Assembly: GCA_964568845.1 (NCBI GenBank)
Contig: CAZMSC010000001.1
Coordinates: forward strand, 32,520-96,519
Direction: 5' to 3'
Source: an uncultured Candidatus Bathyarchaeia archaeon
Lineage (GTDB): Archaea; Thermoproteota; CALKCG01; B24
Length of the DNA: 64,000 nucleotides
The notes beneath the pieces were generated by a model, which was not told where the DNA came from, did no database searches, and saw only the letters and a program-made list of their open reading frames with translations. The translations under genes and the position numbers were made by a program. The stretch's first letter is position 1. Each line of letters opens with the position of its first letter. Shown here piece after piece: positions 8,867 through 17,892 of the stretch.

Positions 8867-10741
8867 TTACGGTATTTGAAGCCGATGTCTAACTCTTTCC
8901 AAGGCTTTCCCAACATCACCTATACCCAGTTTTTCAAGAACCTCCCTCTTAGGTAGACCGTATTCATCCCATCCAGCCACCTCATAGTAAGTCCGCTTCA
9001 GTTTATCGACATCTTCTTTTTTAACAGTTGCACCTTTATTAGGTCCAGAGGGTAAAGGTTCATAGAATCTAGGCGGGTTATCATCGTCGACGCGTGGATC
9101 CCAGTAGACGTCTGGACCACCCAGTAAGAGCAATGTTCTTTGGATTGCAGCTATCCTAGGAGCTGTTTCAGTGTAGAGCTCGTCGTCGGATATGCTCCAT
9201 CCAGCTACGGCTTTGAAAAACTTGTAAACGTGTTCTTTTCTAAAGTTAAACCAGCATACAACTGCAGAATCTATGAGTATGATCTCCCACTCTTCCGGTC
9301 TACTCTTCTCGTCTAGGTTTGAAACAGACGTGTGGTCTCCACCTTGGAGGTTGCAGACGTACGCCGTAGGTTTTGTGTAATCTAAACCGCTTCTTATACC
9401 GTGTGCTCCAACACCTATCCCTTTAACTTGCACAGCATACGGCATTACGTCAACGTTTTTCATTTTACCTATTTTTAAAGCAGCCCTATAGGTACCTTCA
9501 GCTAGAACATCGCCTATACCTATTCTATGCGCTATCATCTCTTGAACTTTTGCAAAAGCTTCAAAGTCTCCCCATTTAAGTTCAAACCCAAGGTCTTCCT
9601 TCGTCAATATACCTCTTTGATAAAGTTCAGCTGCAAAACCCAGTACATTGCCAACCTGTATGCCGCATAAGCCGAGGTCGTCGGCTTTAGCCGATAGGTA
9701 TACGCTCCCATCTGGCTCAAACACCCCAAGGTTTGTACCTAAGTATGCCTGTAATTCGTAGTCTGGGTTGTCTGTTAAAGTGCCTTTAAACTTGCCGTGT
9801 TTGATCATGGCCAATTTAAGGCACGTTGTTGGACATCCGAAGTCGCCCCAGAACCTCTTAATCCAAACCTTACTCTCGAATGCGCTCGACCCATATCTAG
9901 TTTCATCATGCCACTCCTCCTGCCAATTTCTAATGGGCTCGCTACTCGTATCAACGCCAACGGTATACCCTGCTGAGCCTGTACCCCAATATCTCATCGT
10001 GAACGATTGTGCAAGGCTTTTACAGATATCATCTAAGGCTTTTTTGAAGACTTCGGGCTCTGCAACCTCAGGTAGTGGGCCTGTACCTTTGACAGCTATG
10101 GCTTTAAGCATTTTTGAGCCCATGACCGCTCCATAGCCTCCATATCCGGCGGCGTGTGTGATTTTGGTAGCTACAGCGGCAACTCTCACCTTATTTTCAC
10201 CAGCAGGTCCTATGTATAGGATGCTCGGTTCTTTGCAGACGCCACGCAGTGGATGTTCTTTAGACATTTCGTCTCTAAGCTCCTTTGTAAGTGTTCTCAA
10301 CGTTTCTTTAGCGCCTTGCCCCCATATGTGTGATGCATCTTTAAACTCTACCTCTTCATCTTCGATCCATAGGTAGGCCGGCTTCTCAGCAACACCGTTT
10401 ACGATTATTCCATCATACCCTGCACATTTGAGCTCGACTCCGAACTCTCCCCCCACTGTTGAACCTACTACACCATTACTTTGAGGAGACTTACCGGATA
10501 CGCATACCCTCCCTCCTGGGTAGTAGCCGGTTAAGGGACCTGTGAGTATGAGAAGTACATTGTCTGGACCCAGTGGATCTACTTCTTCCCATTTTTGACC
10601 AAGCCTATCCCATAGAATTTTAACGGCTAAACCACGGCCCCCTATGTATCTACGCATAATGCTTCTGTCTATTTTAACAACTTTCACGTTTTCTGTTGAT
10701 AGATCGACTTCTAAAAGCCTACCCCACCATCCATAAGGCAT
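8867..10741 (-). CDS. aor: Aldehyde:ferredoxin oxidoreductase family (tungstopterin) enzyme
   Basis: MPYGWWGRLLEVDLS N-terminus and AOR-family blocks along about 620 aa. ATG at 10741 overlaps the upstream gene's TAA (TAATG), so it is preferred over the track start at 10759. Confidence 0.85.
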   Translation of the reverse strand: MPYGWWGRLLEVDLSTENVKVVKIDRSIMRRYIGGRGLAVKILWDRLGQKWEEVDPLGPDNVLLILTGPLTGYYPGGRVCVSGKSPQSNGVVGSTVGGEFGVELKCAGYDGIIVNGVAEKPAYLWIEDEEVEFKDASHIWGQGAKETLRTLTKELRDEMSKEHPLRGVCKEPSILYIGPAGENKVRVAAVATKITHAAGYGGYGAVMGSKMLKAIAVKGTGPLPEVAEPEVFKKALDDICKSLAQSFTMRYWGTGSAGYTVGVDTSSEPIRNWQEEWHDETRYGSSAFESKVWIKRFWGDFGCPTTCLKLAMIKHGKFKGTLTDNPDYELQAYLGTNLGVFEPDGSVYLSAKADDLGLCGIQVGNVLGFAAELYQRGILTKEDLGFELKWGDFEAFAKVQEMIAHRIGIGDVLAEGTYRAALKIGKMKNVDVMPYAVQVKGIGVGAHGIRSGLDYTKPTAYVCNLQGGDHTSVSNLDEKSRPEEWEIILIDSAVVCWFNFRKEHVYKFFKAVAGWSISDDELYTETAPRIAAIQRTLLLLGGPDVYWDPRVDDDNPPRFYEPLPSGPNKGATVKKEDVDKLKRTYYEVAGWDEYGLPKREVLEKLGIGDVGKALERVRHRLQIP

Positions 10742-11271
10742 TAAACCCACCCCTCCCATTCTTCACCGTAAACCTTTAAAGCTAAGTCTCTGACTATGTC
10801 TTCAGGCTTTCTAGCATAGACTTTGTAGACTTGAGATGCAAATCTAGGAGCCTTTATAAGTGCATTGTAGCCAGCCTCCATACAGACCTTGACGCACTCG
10901 GGCTCTCCACCGCATAGGTCACAGATCACAGCGTACTTCATTCTTGGGTGAATGAAGGGTACTTTGCCCGGGCACGCATCTATGCATTTGCCACATCCAG
11001 TACACTTATCCACGTCTACTAAAACGGCGCTTGTTTTCTCATCAACAGTCAATGCTTTAAACGGACATGCTGAGACACATGGATAGTCTGGGCATTGAGT
11101 ACATAGATGTGGGATTTCAAGCCCTGGTATAAGCATGAAGACCCGGACTCTTGAAGCTTCAGGCCATATTCTCCCCTCATGTTTTAGAGAGCAGGCTATT
11201 TCACATCTTCTACAGCCGCTGCAGCGTTCATAGTCTCTGAATATCCATATTTTCGCTTTTTCTTCAGCCAA
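10741..11271 (-). CDS. 4Fe-4S dicluster ferredoxin-domain protein, translationally coupled to AOR
   Basis: Several CxxCxxCxxxC clusters (CSGCRRCEIAC, CTQCPDYPC, CTGCGKCIDAC, CDLCGGEPEC). Confidence 0.75.
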   Translation of the reverse strand: MAEEKAKIWIFRDYERCSGCRRCEIACSLKHEGRIWPEASRVRVFMLIPGLEIPHLCTQCPDYPCVSACPFKALTVDEKTSAVLVDVDKCTGCGKCIDACPGKVPFIHPRMKYAVICDLCGGEPECVKVCMEAGYNALIKAPRFASQVYKVYARKPEDIVRDLALKVYGEEWEGWV

Positions 11272-11305
11272 CAGTAAACCACCAATTAAGATTTGGCTTA
11301 ATAGC

Positions 11306-12094
11306 TTATATTTTTTCCGCTGACTCCAACTTACGGGCTATTCTATTGGCTATTAGAGCCGCTACGACTCCGGCTGCTACTCCAGAATCTATGTTTACAA
11401 CTGCTAAGCCTAGCGGACATGCCTGAAGCATCGCCTGTAGCGCGGCCAACCCTCCGCCTCCAAATCCATATCCTTGAGAAGTTGGAACACCTATCACTGG
11501 AACGTCTACGAGGCTGGCTATTATCGATGGAAGGGCCCCTTCCCTACCAGCTATAGCAATTATCACATCGACATCGTTTAACAGCATTTCTTTAAGGGCT
11601 TCAAACGTCCTATGTAACCCGGCAACCCCCACGTCGTAAGCCTTATAAACTTTACAACCCATTTCTTCAGCGACTATACGGGCTTCCTCGGCTACAGGTA
11701 TATCAGCCGTCCCGGCTGTGACTATTCCGACGCGCCCCCCACGTTCATGCTTAGTACTTTCCTTTCTCAAGATGATCATGCGGGCTTTATCGTATATTTC
11801 GACTGTAACTCCTCTATTTGAGAAGAACTCCGTGAACTTATCCATGATTTGCCTGTCGGTTCTACTTACGATTATGCGGTCGGTTTTCTCAATGGCTCTT
11901 AGACAGATCTCTAGGAGGTCTTCTAGATTCTTACCCTCTGCGAGTATTATTTCAGGCACCCCTCTTCTAAGCTCTCTACCGATATCTACACGGGCGAGTT
12001 CATGAATCTTCTCTATCGTAAAGAGTTTGAGGGCTTTTAACGCTTCTTCTAGAGAGATTTCTCCTTTAGATAGTTTCCTTAGAATCTCCTCCAT
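11306..12094 (-). CDS. larB: LarB (nickel-pincer cofactor biosynthesis carboxylase/hydrolase, PurE-like)
   Basis: Helical N-terminal segment LSKGEISLEEALKAL, DIGRELRRGVPEIILAEGK, then a PurE-like C-terminal half GIVTAGTADIPVAEEA... Confidence 0.8.
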   Translation of the reverse strand: MEEILRKLSKGEISLEEALKALKLFTIEKIHELARVDIGRELRRGVPEIILAEGKNLEDLLEICLRAIEKTDRIIVSRTDRQIMDKFTEFFSNRGVTVEIYDKARMIILRKESTKHERGGRVGIVTAGTADIPVAEEARIVAEEMGCKVYKAYDVGVAGLHRTFEALKEMLLNDVDVIIAIAGREGALPSIIASLVDVPVIGVPTSQGYGFGGGGLAALQAMLQACPLGLAVVNIDSGVAAGVVAALIANRIARKLESAEKI

Positions 12095-12345
12095 AATGAT
12101 GCACTTAAAAAGAGATAATATTATCCTTAATATATTTTAATAGGCTTCGCTTCGACGAGAAGTACGTCCCGAGATACCTTTGGCTGTAGCAACGTATTTC
12201 CCTGTTGCCAGCCCCTATGAAGCCCTAGACCCCTTACCGCTTAAACCTTAATGCTCTTCAGAAGATGTAAGTAAAGTTAAATTTCAACTTGCTTAAAAGT
12301 AATGTTTAGATATTCTAACACATTAGTTTTAGCTTAAGTGTATCT

Positions 12346-13581
12346 ATGAGAATCCTATACGTTGACTGCTCTCTAGCTGGGATATCCGGCGATATGATGC
12401 TTTCAGCCCTAATAAACCTTGGAGCTAAAATAGACCTTGAAAAGCTTTCGGAGTCCATTGTAGAGAGCCTTGACGGTGTTGAATGGCTAGAGGTTTCGTA
12501 CGGTATTGAATCTAAGATGGGTTTTCAGGCTGGCTTGCTGAAGGTCGCTTACTCTGATTCTAAAGACCATAGGAGGGGGTGTGAATTAAAAGATGGTTTG
12601 GAAAAGACGCTGGAGCTTATGGACGCTAGCCATAGAGTGAAGGCTTATGCCGTTAAAGTTCTTGAAACACTTCTAAACGCTGAAAGTGTTATACATGGTG
12701 AGTCGGTGGAAGAGGTCCATCTACACGAAGTGGGTTCACCGGATACACTGGTGGATGTTGTGGGGACAGCGTTGGCTTTAGATAACCTCGGTCTCTTTGA
12801 GGACGTTAAAGTATACGGTAGCCCAGTATCAGTGGGTTTTGGGTTTATTAAGACAGAGCATGGACGTCTTACTGTGCCAGCACCGGCAACTCTTGAAATT
12901 TTAAAATCTAAAGGTTATCCTTTTAAAGGTGGACCTGTTGAGGGGGAGCTTGCAACTCCAACTGGCGTTGCGTTACTCGTAAACATCGTAGATGAAGTTA
13001 CACAGATGCCGCCGTTAATTGAGCCTGTTAAAGTCGGATATGGTGCTGGTTTTAAAGAGCTGCCTGAGACTCCTAATGTTTTAAGGCTCATTTACGGTGA
13101 GCAAAGAACGCAGTATATTCAGGAAGACGTGTACGTTTTAGAGACGAATATGGATGATGTTCAAGGAGAAGTTTTAGGTCATGTCATTGAAAAGCTCATT
13201 GAAAACGGGGCGAAAGACGCATGTATTATTCCAGCTACGTGTAAGAAGAGTAGGCCTGGGCAAATTCTTAAGGTGATTTTGGATTGCGAAAACCTCAACC
13301 GTATAGTAGATATCATTTTCAGAGAAACCGGTACGCTGGGGATTAGGTTGGCGAAGACGTCTAGATTCATCGTTCCCAGGGAGTTTAAAACGATAAATGT
13401 TCAGATAAACGGTATGGATTTCCCGGTTAAGGTTAAAGTAGCTAAAGACCTTGAGGGAAGAATTATCAGAGTTAAACCGGAGTATGAAGAGCTTAGAAAG
13501 ATTTCAGACATCACAGGTATACCGATAAGGGAGCTTTCTTCAATTATCGAAGAGAGGGCTAAGACTTACTTGACTTCTTAA
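12346..13581 (+). CDS. larC: LarC (nickel insertion protein, DUF111)
   Basis: MRILYVDCSLAGISGDMMLSALINLGA N-terminus and HLHEVGSPDTLVDVVG motif. Confidence 0.8.
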   Translation: MRILYVDCSLAGISGDMMLSALINLGAKIDLEKLSESIVESLDGVEWLEVSYGIESKMGFQAGLLKVAYSDSKDHRRGCELKDGLEKTLELMDASHRVKAYAVKVLETLLNAESVIHGESVEEVHLHEVGSPDTLVDVVGTALALDNLGLFEDVKVYGSPVSVGFGFIKTEHGRLTVPAPATLEILKSKGYPFKGGPVEGELATPTGVALLVNIVDEVTQMPPLIEPVKVGYGAGFKELPETPNVLRLIYGEQRTQYIQEDVYVLETNMDDVQGEVLGHVIEKLIENGAKDACIIPATCKKSRPGQILKVILDCENLNRIVDIIFRETGTLGIRLAKTSRFIVPREFKTINVQINGMDFPVKVKVAKDLEGRIIRVKPEYEELRKISDITGIPIRELSSIIEERAKTYLTS

Positions 13582-13623
13582 CATTTAAATAACACAGTCA
13601 TCTTCTTTCTCTGAGGTGGTTTA

Positions 13624-14016
13624 TTGGCCTATTGGCACGGTGATCTTCATAAACGTAAACGAACCGGTGGGAAGAGCCATCCATATAGGGGTAAGAGAAA
13701 ATACGAGCGCGGCGGTTATCCCGTTGAAACGCAGATAGGTGATAGAGCTATAAAAGTCGAACGTGTTAGAGGTGGAAATATAAAAGTTAGAGTTATTAGA
13801 GATAATACCGTCAATTTGAGCATACCATCCTCAGGCAAGACGGTTAAATGCAAGATTTTAAGAGTCATTAAAAACCCGTCAAACAAAGACTATGAGAGGA
13901 GAGGTGTGATAACTAAAGGTGCTATAATTGAAACGGAGCATGGCCTAGCTAAGGTAACTAGTAAGCTCGGCTCAGACGGTGTAATAAACGCGGTGCTCAT
14001 AGAATCTAAAACCTAG
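13624..14016 (+). CDS. rps8e: 30S ribosomal protein S8e (eS8)
   Basis: WHGDLHKRKRTGGK...YRGKRKYERGG N-terminus; GAGGTGG SD followed by a TTG start. Confidence 0.85.
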   Translation: MAYWHGDLHKRKRTGGKSHPYRGKRKYERGGYPVETQIGDRAIKVERVRGGNIKVRVIRDNTVNLSIPSSGKTVKCKILRVIKNPSNKDYERRGVITKGAIIETEHGLAKVTSKLGSDGVINAVLIESKT

Positions 14017-14147
14017 ACATAACTCTAAATGAGCCACAACTTCATTCAACATATATGGCTTTCCGCTTAGGTTGAAGCAACCATTATAGGTCTTTTAAAC
14101 CATATGTCGTCGATAAAAAATAATGGAAAAGGTACGCTGATTTGGAT

Positions 14148-14690
14148 TTACCACCACATCTTCCTAAGGGGCATGGCAAGTATCTCTCTAACCTCGAGCT
14201 TTTTCGACTTATCTTTACTGAACATGTCGTTGGTTCTAGTGGCTCTAGCCACTATAGCCGTATCCGATCCTCTATCCGTCCCTGCAACTGCTATTACGTC
14301 TTCTCCAATATTCAAGGCTCCAAGATCGGAGGCGATAAGAATAACCTCTACGCAGACTTTAAACCCTTGACCTAAGGTGTAGAAGCTATTTCTAATGCTG
14401 TCCATTCCACGTGCATGTAGAGGAAGATGCGTCTTATCTAAGGGTTTTCCCCCGAGTTTTACAATTTCTTCTTTAAACTCCAGGTTCATCTCCTCATAGG
14501 ATACCGCTACGACGTTACACAACCCCTTAAGTGCTCTGGCGAATTTAACACCAGTTTCCCCTGACGTACTTGCAACTACAACTGTTTTAATGTCTCCCTC
14601 TTTCAACCTTCTGGAGACGCAGTCTAAAACCGCGTCGGTATTCTCTGGGCCAGGCTCTTTAAAGTAGACGATCTGCTTTACAATGCTCAT
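14148..14690 (-). CDS. Pyruvate kinase alpha/beta (C-terminal) domain-like protein
   Basis: IVYFKEPGPENTDAVL...TVVVASTSGETGVKFARAL is typical of the stand-alone PK_C-like family; ATG at 14690 preferred over TTG at 14714. Confidence 0.6.
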   Translation of the reverse strand: MSIVKQIVYFKEPGPENTDAVLDCVSRRLKEGDIKTVVVASTSGETGVKFARALKGLCNVVAVSYEEMNLEFKEEIVKLGGKPLDKTHLPLHARGMDSIRNSFYTLGQGFKVCVEVILIASDLGALNIGEDVIAVAGTDRGSDTAIVARATRTNDMFSKDKSKKLEVREILAMPLRKMWW

Positions 14691-14730
14691 ACGGATTACT
14701 ATTAAAGCTTTCAAAGCTTAAAAATCTAGC

Positions 14731-15864
14731 CTATCTCCGAGCGTACACACCGTGTTTCTTAGTATAATCGATCATTAGTAGGAAATTGTCAGCGTTGGTG
14801 TTGACCGATATGTTCGCCGAAGCCGATAGAACATACCCACGATTCCCTCCTTCACGTAAACATCTTTCAACTTCCGCCATTACATCTTCGGGTTTACCGA
14901 ATTCGAGAATTCTAGGGTCTACATTGCCGACGAGACATATCTTATCGCCATAATCTTCTTTAACCCGTTTTAAACTCATCCCAGCCGTCACGTCTATACC
15001 CTGATATGCGTTTATCCCAGCGTCTACGACATCTGAAAGTATGGGAGTTATGTTTCCATCCGAGTGGAGAACTGCAAAGGCGCCTCTACGCTTAAAAGCA
15101 TCACATTGTCTTCTAAGGGCGGGTTTTATAAACTCCCTGAACATTTTAGGAGAAAACCAAGGGCCCAGTTTATTACCATAGTCTACACACATTTGTATGG
15201 CATCCGCCCCCTCATCGATAGCCCATTTACCGACCTCCAGAGCGTAGTTGGTGTTGAATTCTATGAGAGTCTTCACAGCGTCAGGACGCTTATACATCCA
15301 GGTTAGCACGCGTCTAAGCAAATTCGGGTTTGAAACTATAGGACCCCATGACCCGTCAGCGTCAAACGATAGGAAGAACTCTCCCTTAACTTTCTTCACA
15401 AGATGCCTTAGGATTTCGAAGATTTTAGAGTCTACTTCAACAGTAGAACTTCTACAGAATTCTATGATGTCATCTGGGTCATAGCTTATCGGCTCGTCCA
15501 TATCCCAGAGTGAGAAGCCGCTCCACTTATACCTTCTTCCATCTATCACCCATACGTGCTCATTGACCTTTTTCAGGATTTCCGGCTTCTTAGTATAGGC
15601 TGAAACAACTCTTACCCAATCGAGCCCCGTTACTCTATGGAGGGCTAGAAGTTCTTCAGCCATGCATTCATTTATCTTATCTAAGTCTAAACCATTCTCC
15701 ATCATAAGAGCGAATACAGCTTCTGGGTTATGCACGAGGATTGAACTGGTTGGTTTTCTAAGTATTCTAGAAGCTATTACTGGTGGGATGTGCATTTCGT
15801 AAAGCGGAACTCTATCTGGCGTTGAAATCTCCATGGCTTTAACTACCCTCTCCCAAGAATTCAT
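14731..15864 (-). CDS. Uroporphyrinogen decarboxylase (URO-D) family protein, MtaA/CmuA-like methyltransferase candidate
   Basis: MNSWERVVKAMEISTPDRVPLYEM N-terminus and a URO-D-like TIM-barrel C-terminal half. The track's longer N-terminal extension (to 16212) overlaps the opposite-strand pfpI gene and is treated as spurious. Confidence 0.65.
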   Translation of the reverse strand: MNSWERVVKAMEISTPDRVPLYEMHIPPVIASRILRKPTSSILVHNPEAVFALMMENGLDLDKINECMAEELLALHRVTGLDWVRVVSAYTKKPEILKKVNEHVWVIDGRRYKWSGFSLWDMDEPISYDPDDIIEFCRSSTVEVDSKIFEILRHLVKKVKGEFFLSFDADGSWGPIVSNPNLLRRVLTWMYKRPDAVKTLIEFNTNYALEVGKWAIDEGADAIQMCVDYGNKLGPWFSPKMFREFIKPALRRQCDAFKRRGAFAVLHSDGNITPILSDVVDAGINAYQGIDVTAGMSLKRVKEDYGDKICLVGNVDPRILEFGKPEDVMAEVERCLREGGNRGYVLSASANISVNTNADNFLLMIDYTKKHGVYARR

Positions 15865-15952
15865 ACAGGTTGATAAATATGCACAGGAGATTAAATAATT
15901 TCCACAACATGGACGGTGAAACTTATATACATACTTAGACAGATTTCTAATC

Positions 15953-16561
15953 ATGCCGAAGTATGTTAGACGTACAGGCCCTAAGCGTAAACTTGAAAAT
16001 CGTAGAGTAGCCATAATAGTCGCCCATGAATTTGAAGACGTAGAGCTTTTATACCCATTTCTGAGGCTCAGTGAAGAGGGGGCTGAGGTTGTGATAGTGC
16101 CTGTTGAAGCCGGTCTGCACCCCAGACCATCAGTTAAGGATAAGCCCATAACTGGACGGTATGGAACCCCAGTGCCTATGGAAGTCTTCGAAGAAGGCGG
16201 CAGATACACCATAAGGAAGATAAGTCAGATAGGCTTGGAAGACTTAGACGCGTTAATAATACCTGGAGGCTTCTCCCCAGATGCTTTAAGAATATTGCCT
16301 GAAGTCTTGGAACTTGTTAGGAAGGCCTACGAGAAGGGTAAGATTATAGCGGCGATATGTCACGGTCCTCAAGTTCTAATATCTGCCGGTTTGGTGAAGG
16401 GAAGGAAGGTGACGAGTTACAAAGCCGTTAAAGATGATCTAATAAACGCCGGGGCTATTTTCGTAGATGAGCCATCTGTCAGAGATGGAAATATCATAAC
16501 AGGCAGGGTCCCAGACGACTTACCGGAGTTCTGCCAGATGATAATTGACGCTTTAACCTAA
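15953..16561 (+). CDS. pfpI: DJ-1/PfpI family intracellular protease/deglycase
   Basis: RVAIIVAHEFEDVELLYP and AAICHGPQVLISAGLVKGRKVTSY (nucleophile elbow Cys-His). Confidence 0.8.
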   Translation: MPKYVRRTGPKRKLENRRVAIIVAHEFEDVELLYPFLRLSEEGAEVVIVPVEAGLHPRPSVKDKPITGRYGTPVPMEVFEEGGRYTIRKISQIGLEDLDALIIPGGFSPDALRILPEVLELVRKAYEKGKIIAAICHGPQVLISAGLVKGRKVTSYKAVKDDLINAGAIFVDEPSVRDGNIITGRVPDDLPEFCQMIIDALT

Positions 16562-16634
16562 GGGAAAACTCTATGCCTTTATCGCAACTTCATCTATAAT
16601 TGAAAACTTTAAGCCTAAACATCTACTTTGACCT

Positions 16635-17516
16635 TTAAATCTTCCTAGAGGAAGCTTTAGACAGTATTGGTTTAATGACTATCGTTAATATTAACGACAC
16701 GGCTACTTGACCAAACACGTCTCTGAACAGCGATATTACTGCTGGTCCAAACCCTTTAATGAACACGTTCACGTAGAAGTATGTTAAAGCCATAACGACG
16801 CCGCCCAGCAGACACAGAAGCACTTGCATGTACATTTTCCGACCCTTACCCAAGCCTGCTATAAACCCTTCAAGTCCATGGGCGGGTATCGATACGAACC
16901 ACCTTGGATAGCCTACGTATATATCTGCTGCTACAGCACCTATTGCTCCTACGAGGACCCCAACTTTTGGCCCATACATCAGAGATGCTATGAATATTAC
17001 GGAATCTCCCACATGTGTATATCCACCGGTCGGCGAGGGGAAGAATTGACCTGTAAAAGCCGTAGCTGAAGCCGTTAAAGCCGAAAATACTGCTATGGAA
17101 GCTGTTTCAACAGTTGAAAATTTCAACGTAGGTGGGGGAAATCCCATCCCATAGATCAACCCTGAACCGTAAGCTAAGATTCCAGTAGATATCAAACCCA
17201 GCATTTCAAGAAAAACCGAGGTTTGAAAATTCATAAAGCTTGTAAATGTCATGGAGGCCATTCCAAAGATCACAGCTAAAGCTGATAATAAAGCTGACCA
17301 GAAGCCGTTGCTGACTGCTGAAGTCAAGGCAAAGAGAAATGATAAAAGACTTAAAGTTAACAGTAAGCTTAAACCGTTTTTCAAATCACCAGGAAGGCTT
17401 AAAGCTTCAAGTATCCCAAACCCGGCTGTGTGAACCATGAAAGTTGCCTCAACAATTCCATATAGGATTATTAAAATTGCACCGGAAATAAGCAGGTAGA
17501 ATCTAAGACTTCTCAT
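16635..17516 (-). CDS. Polytopic membrane protein with ECF-transporter S-component-like C-terminal half
   Basis: Multiple TM helices; GGYTHVGDSVIFIASLMYGPKVGVLVGAIGAVAADIYVGY resembles the ECF S-component signature. Confidence 0.4.
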   Translation of the reverse strand: MRSLRFYLLISGAILIILYGIVEATFMVHTAGFGILEALSLPGDLKNGLSLLLTLSLLSFLFALTSAVSNGFWSALLSALAVIFGMASMTFTSFMNFQTSVFLEMLGLISTGILAYGSGLIYGMGFPPPTLKFSTVETASIAVFSALTASATAFTGQFFPSPTGGYTHVGDSVIFIASLMYGPKVGVLVGAIGAVAADIYVGYPRWFVSIPAHGLEGFIAGLGKGRKMYMQVLLCLLGGVVMALTYFYVNVFIKGFGPAVISLFRDVFGQVAVSLILTIVIKPILSKASSRKI

Positions 17517-17676
17517 CTAGAGCCCACCTTACATATATTCAAGACAAATTTTGAATATATTAAAGTTTTTCCTTGATATTTTTAATTTAAATATCTGAGC
17601 TGAAATACTACAGAGTCTAGCCCTTACGAGGTTCAAGAAGTAGATTCCATTAAATTTATTTAATCCGTGATGGTAA

Positions 17677-17779
17677 CGGGCCCGGCGGGAGTTGAACCCG
17701 CGACCACCGGGTTACTTCAGTAGTGAAGTAATCCTCTACTTTAAAAGCCCGGCACTCTACCATTCTGAGCTACGGGCCC
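17677..17779 (-). tRNA. tRNA-Lys (anticodon UUU) with a 29-nt BHB intron at 37/38 (intron 17713..17741)
   Basis: Reverse complement folds as GGGCCCG/CGGGCCC acceptor, GCUC/GAGU D stem, CCGGG/CCCGG anticodon stem, loop CUUUUAA, and T arm GCGGG-UUCAACU-CCCGC. Intron BHB: central helix CUUU/GAAG, bulges UA|A and UA|A. No encoded CCA. Confidence 0.9.
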
Positions 17780-17892
17780 ACTCGCCATTTAATTACAAAA
17801 AATTCTCCCTTTTAAGGTTTCTCAACGTTGCAGATTTTAAGGGGGTAAGCCGTATAAGTTTGAACATTCACCCTATTATTTTAGGGAGAGTT

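Noticed and set aside
15865-16212. N-terminal 116-aa extension of the URO-D-family ORF (track 14731..16212)
   Set aside because: It overlaps the well-supported opposite-strand pfpI gene, is low-complexity (S/T/G-rich), and the family-typical N-terminus MNSWERVV...DRVP begins at 15864.
17692-17892. N-terminal part of track ORF 17692..18768
   Set aside because: It runs antisense through the tRNA-Lys gene and its promoter region. The ATP-grasp homology starts near 17893.
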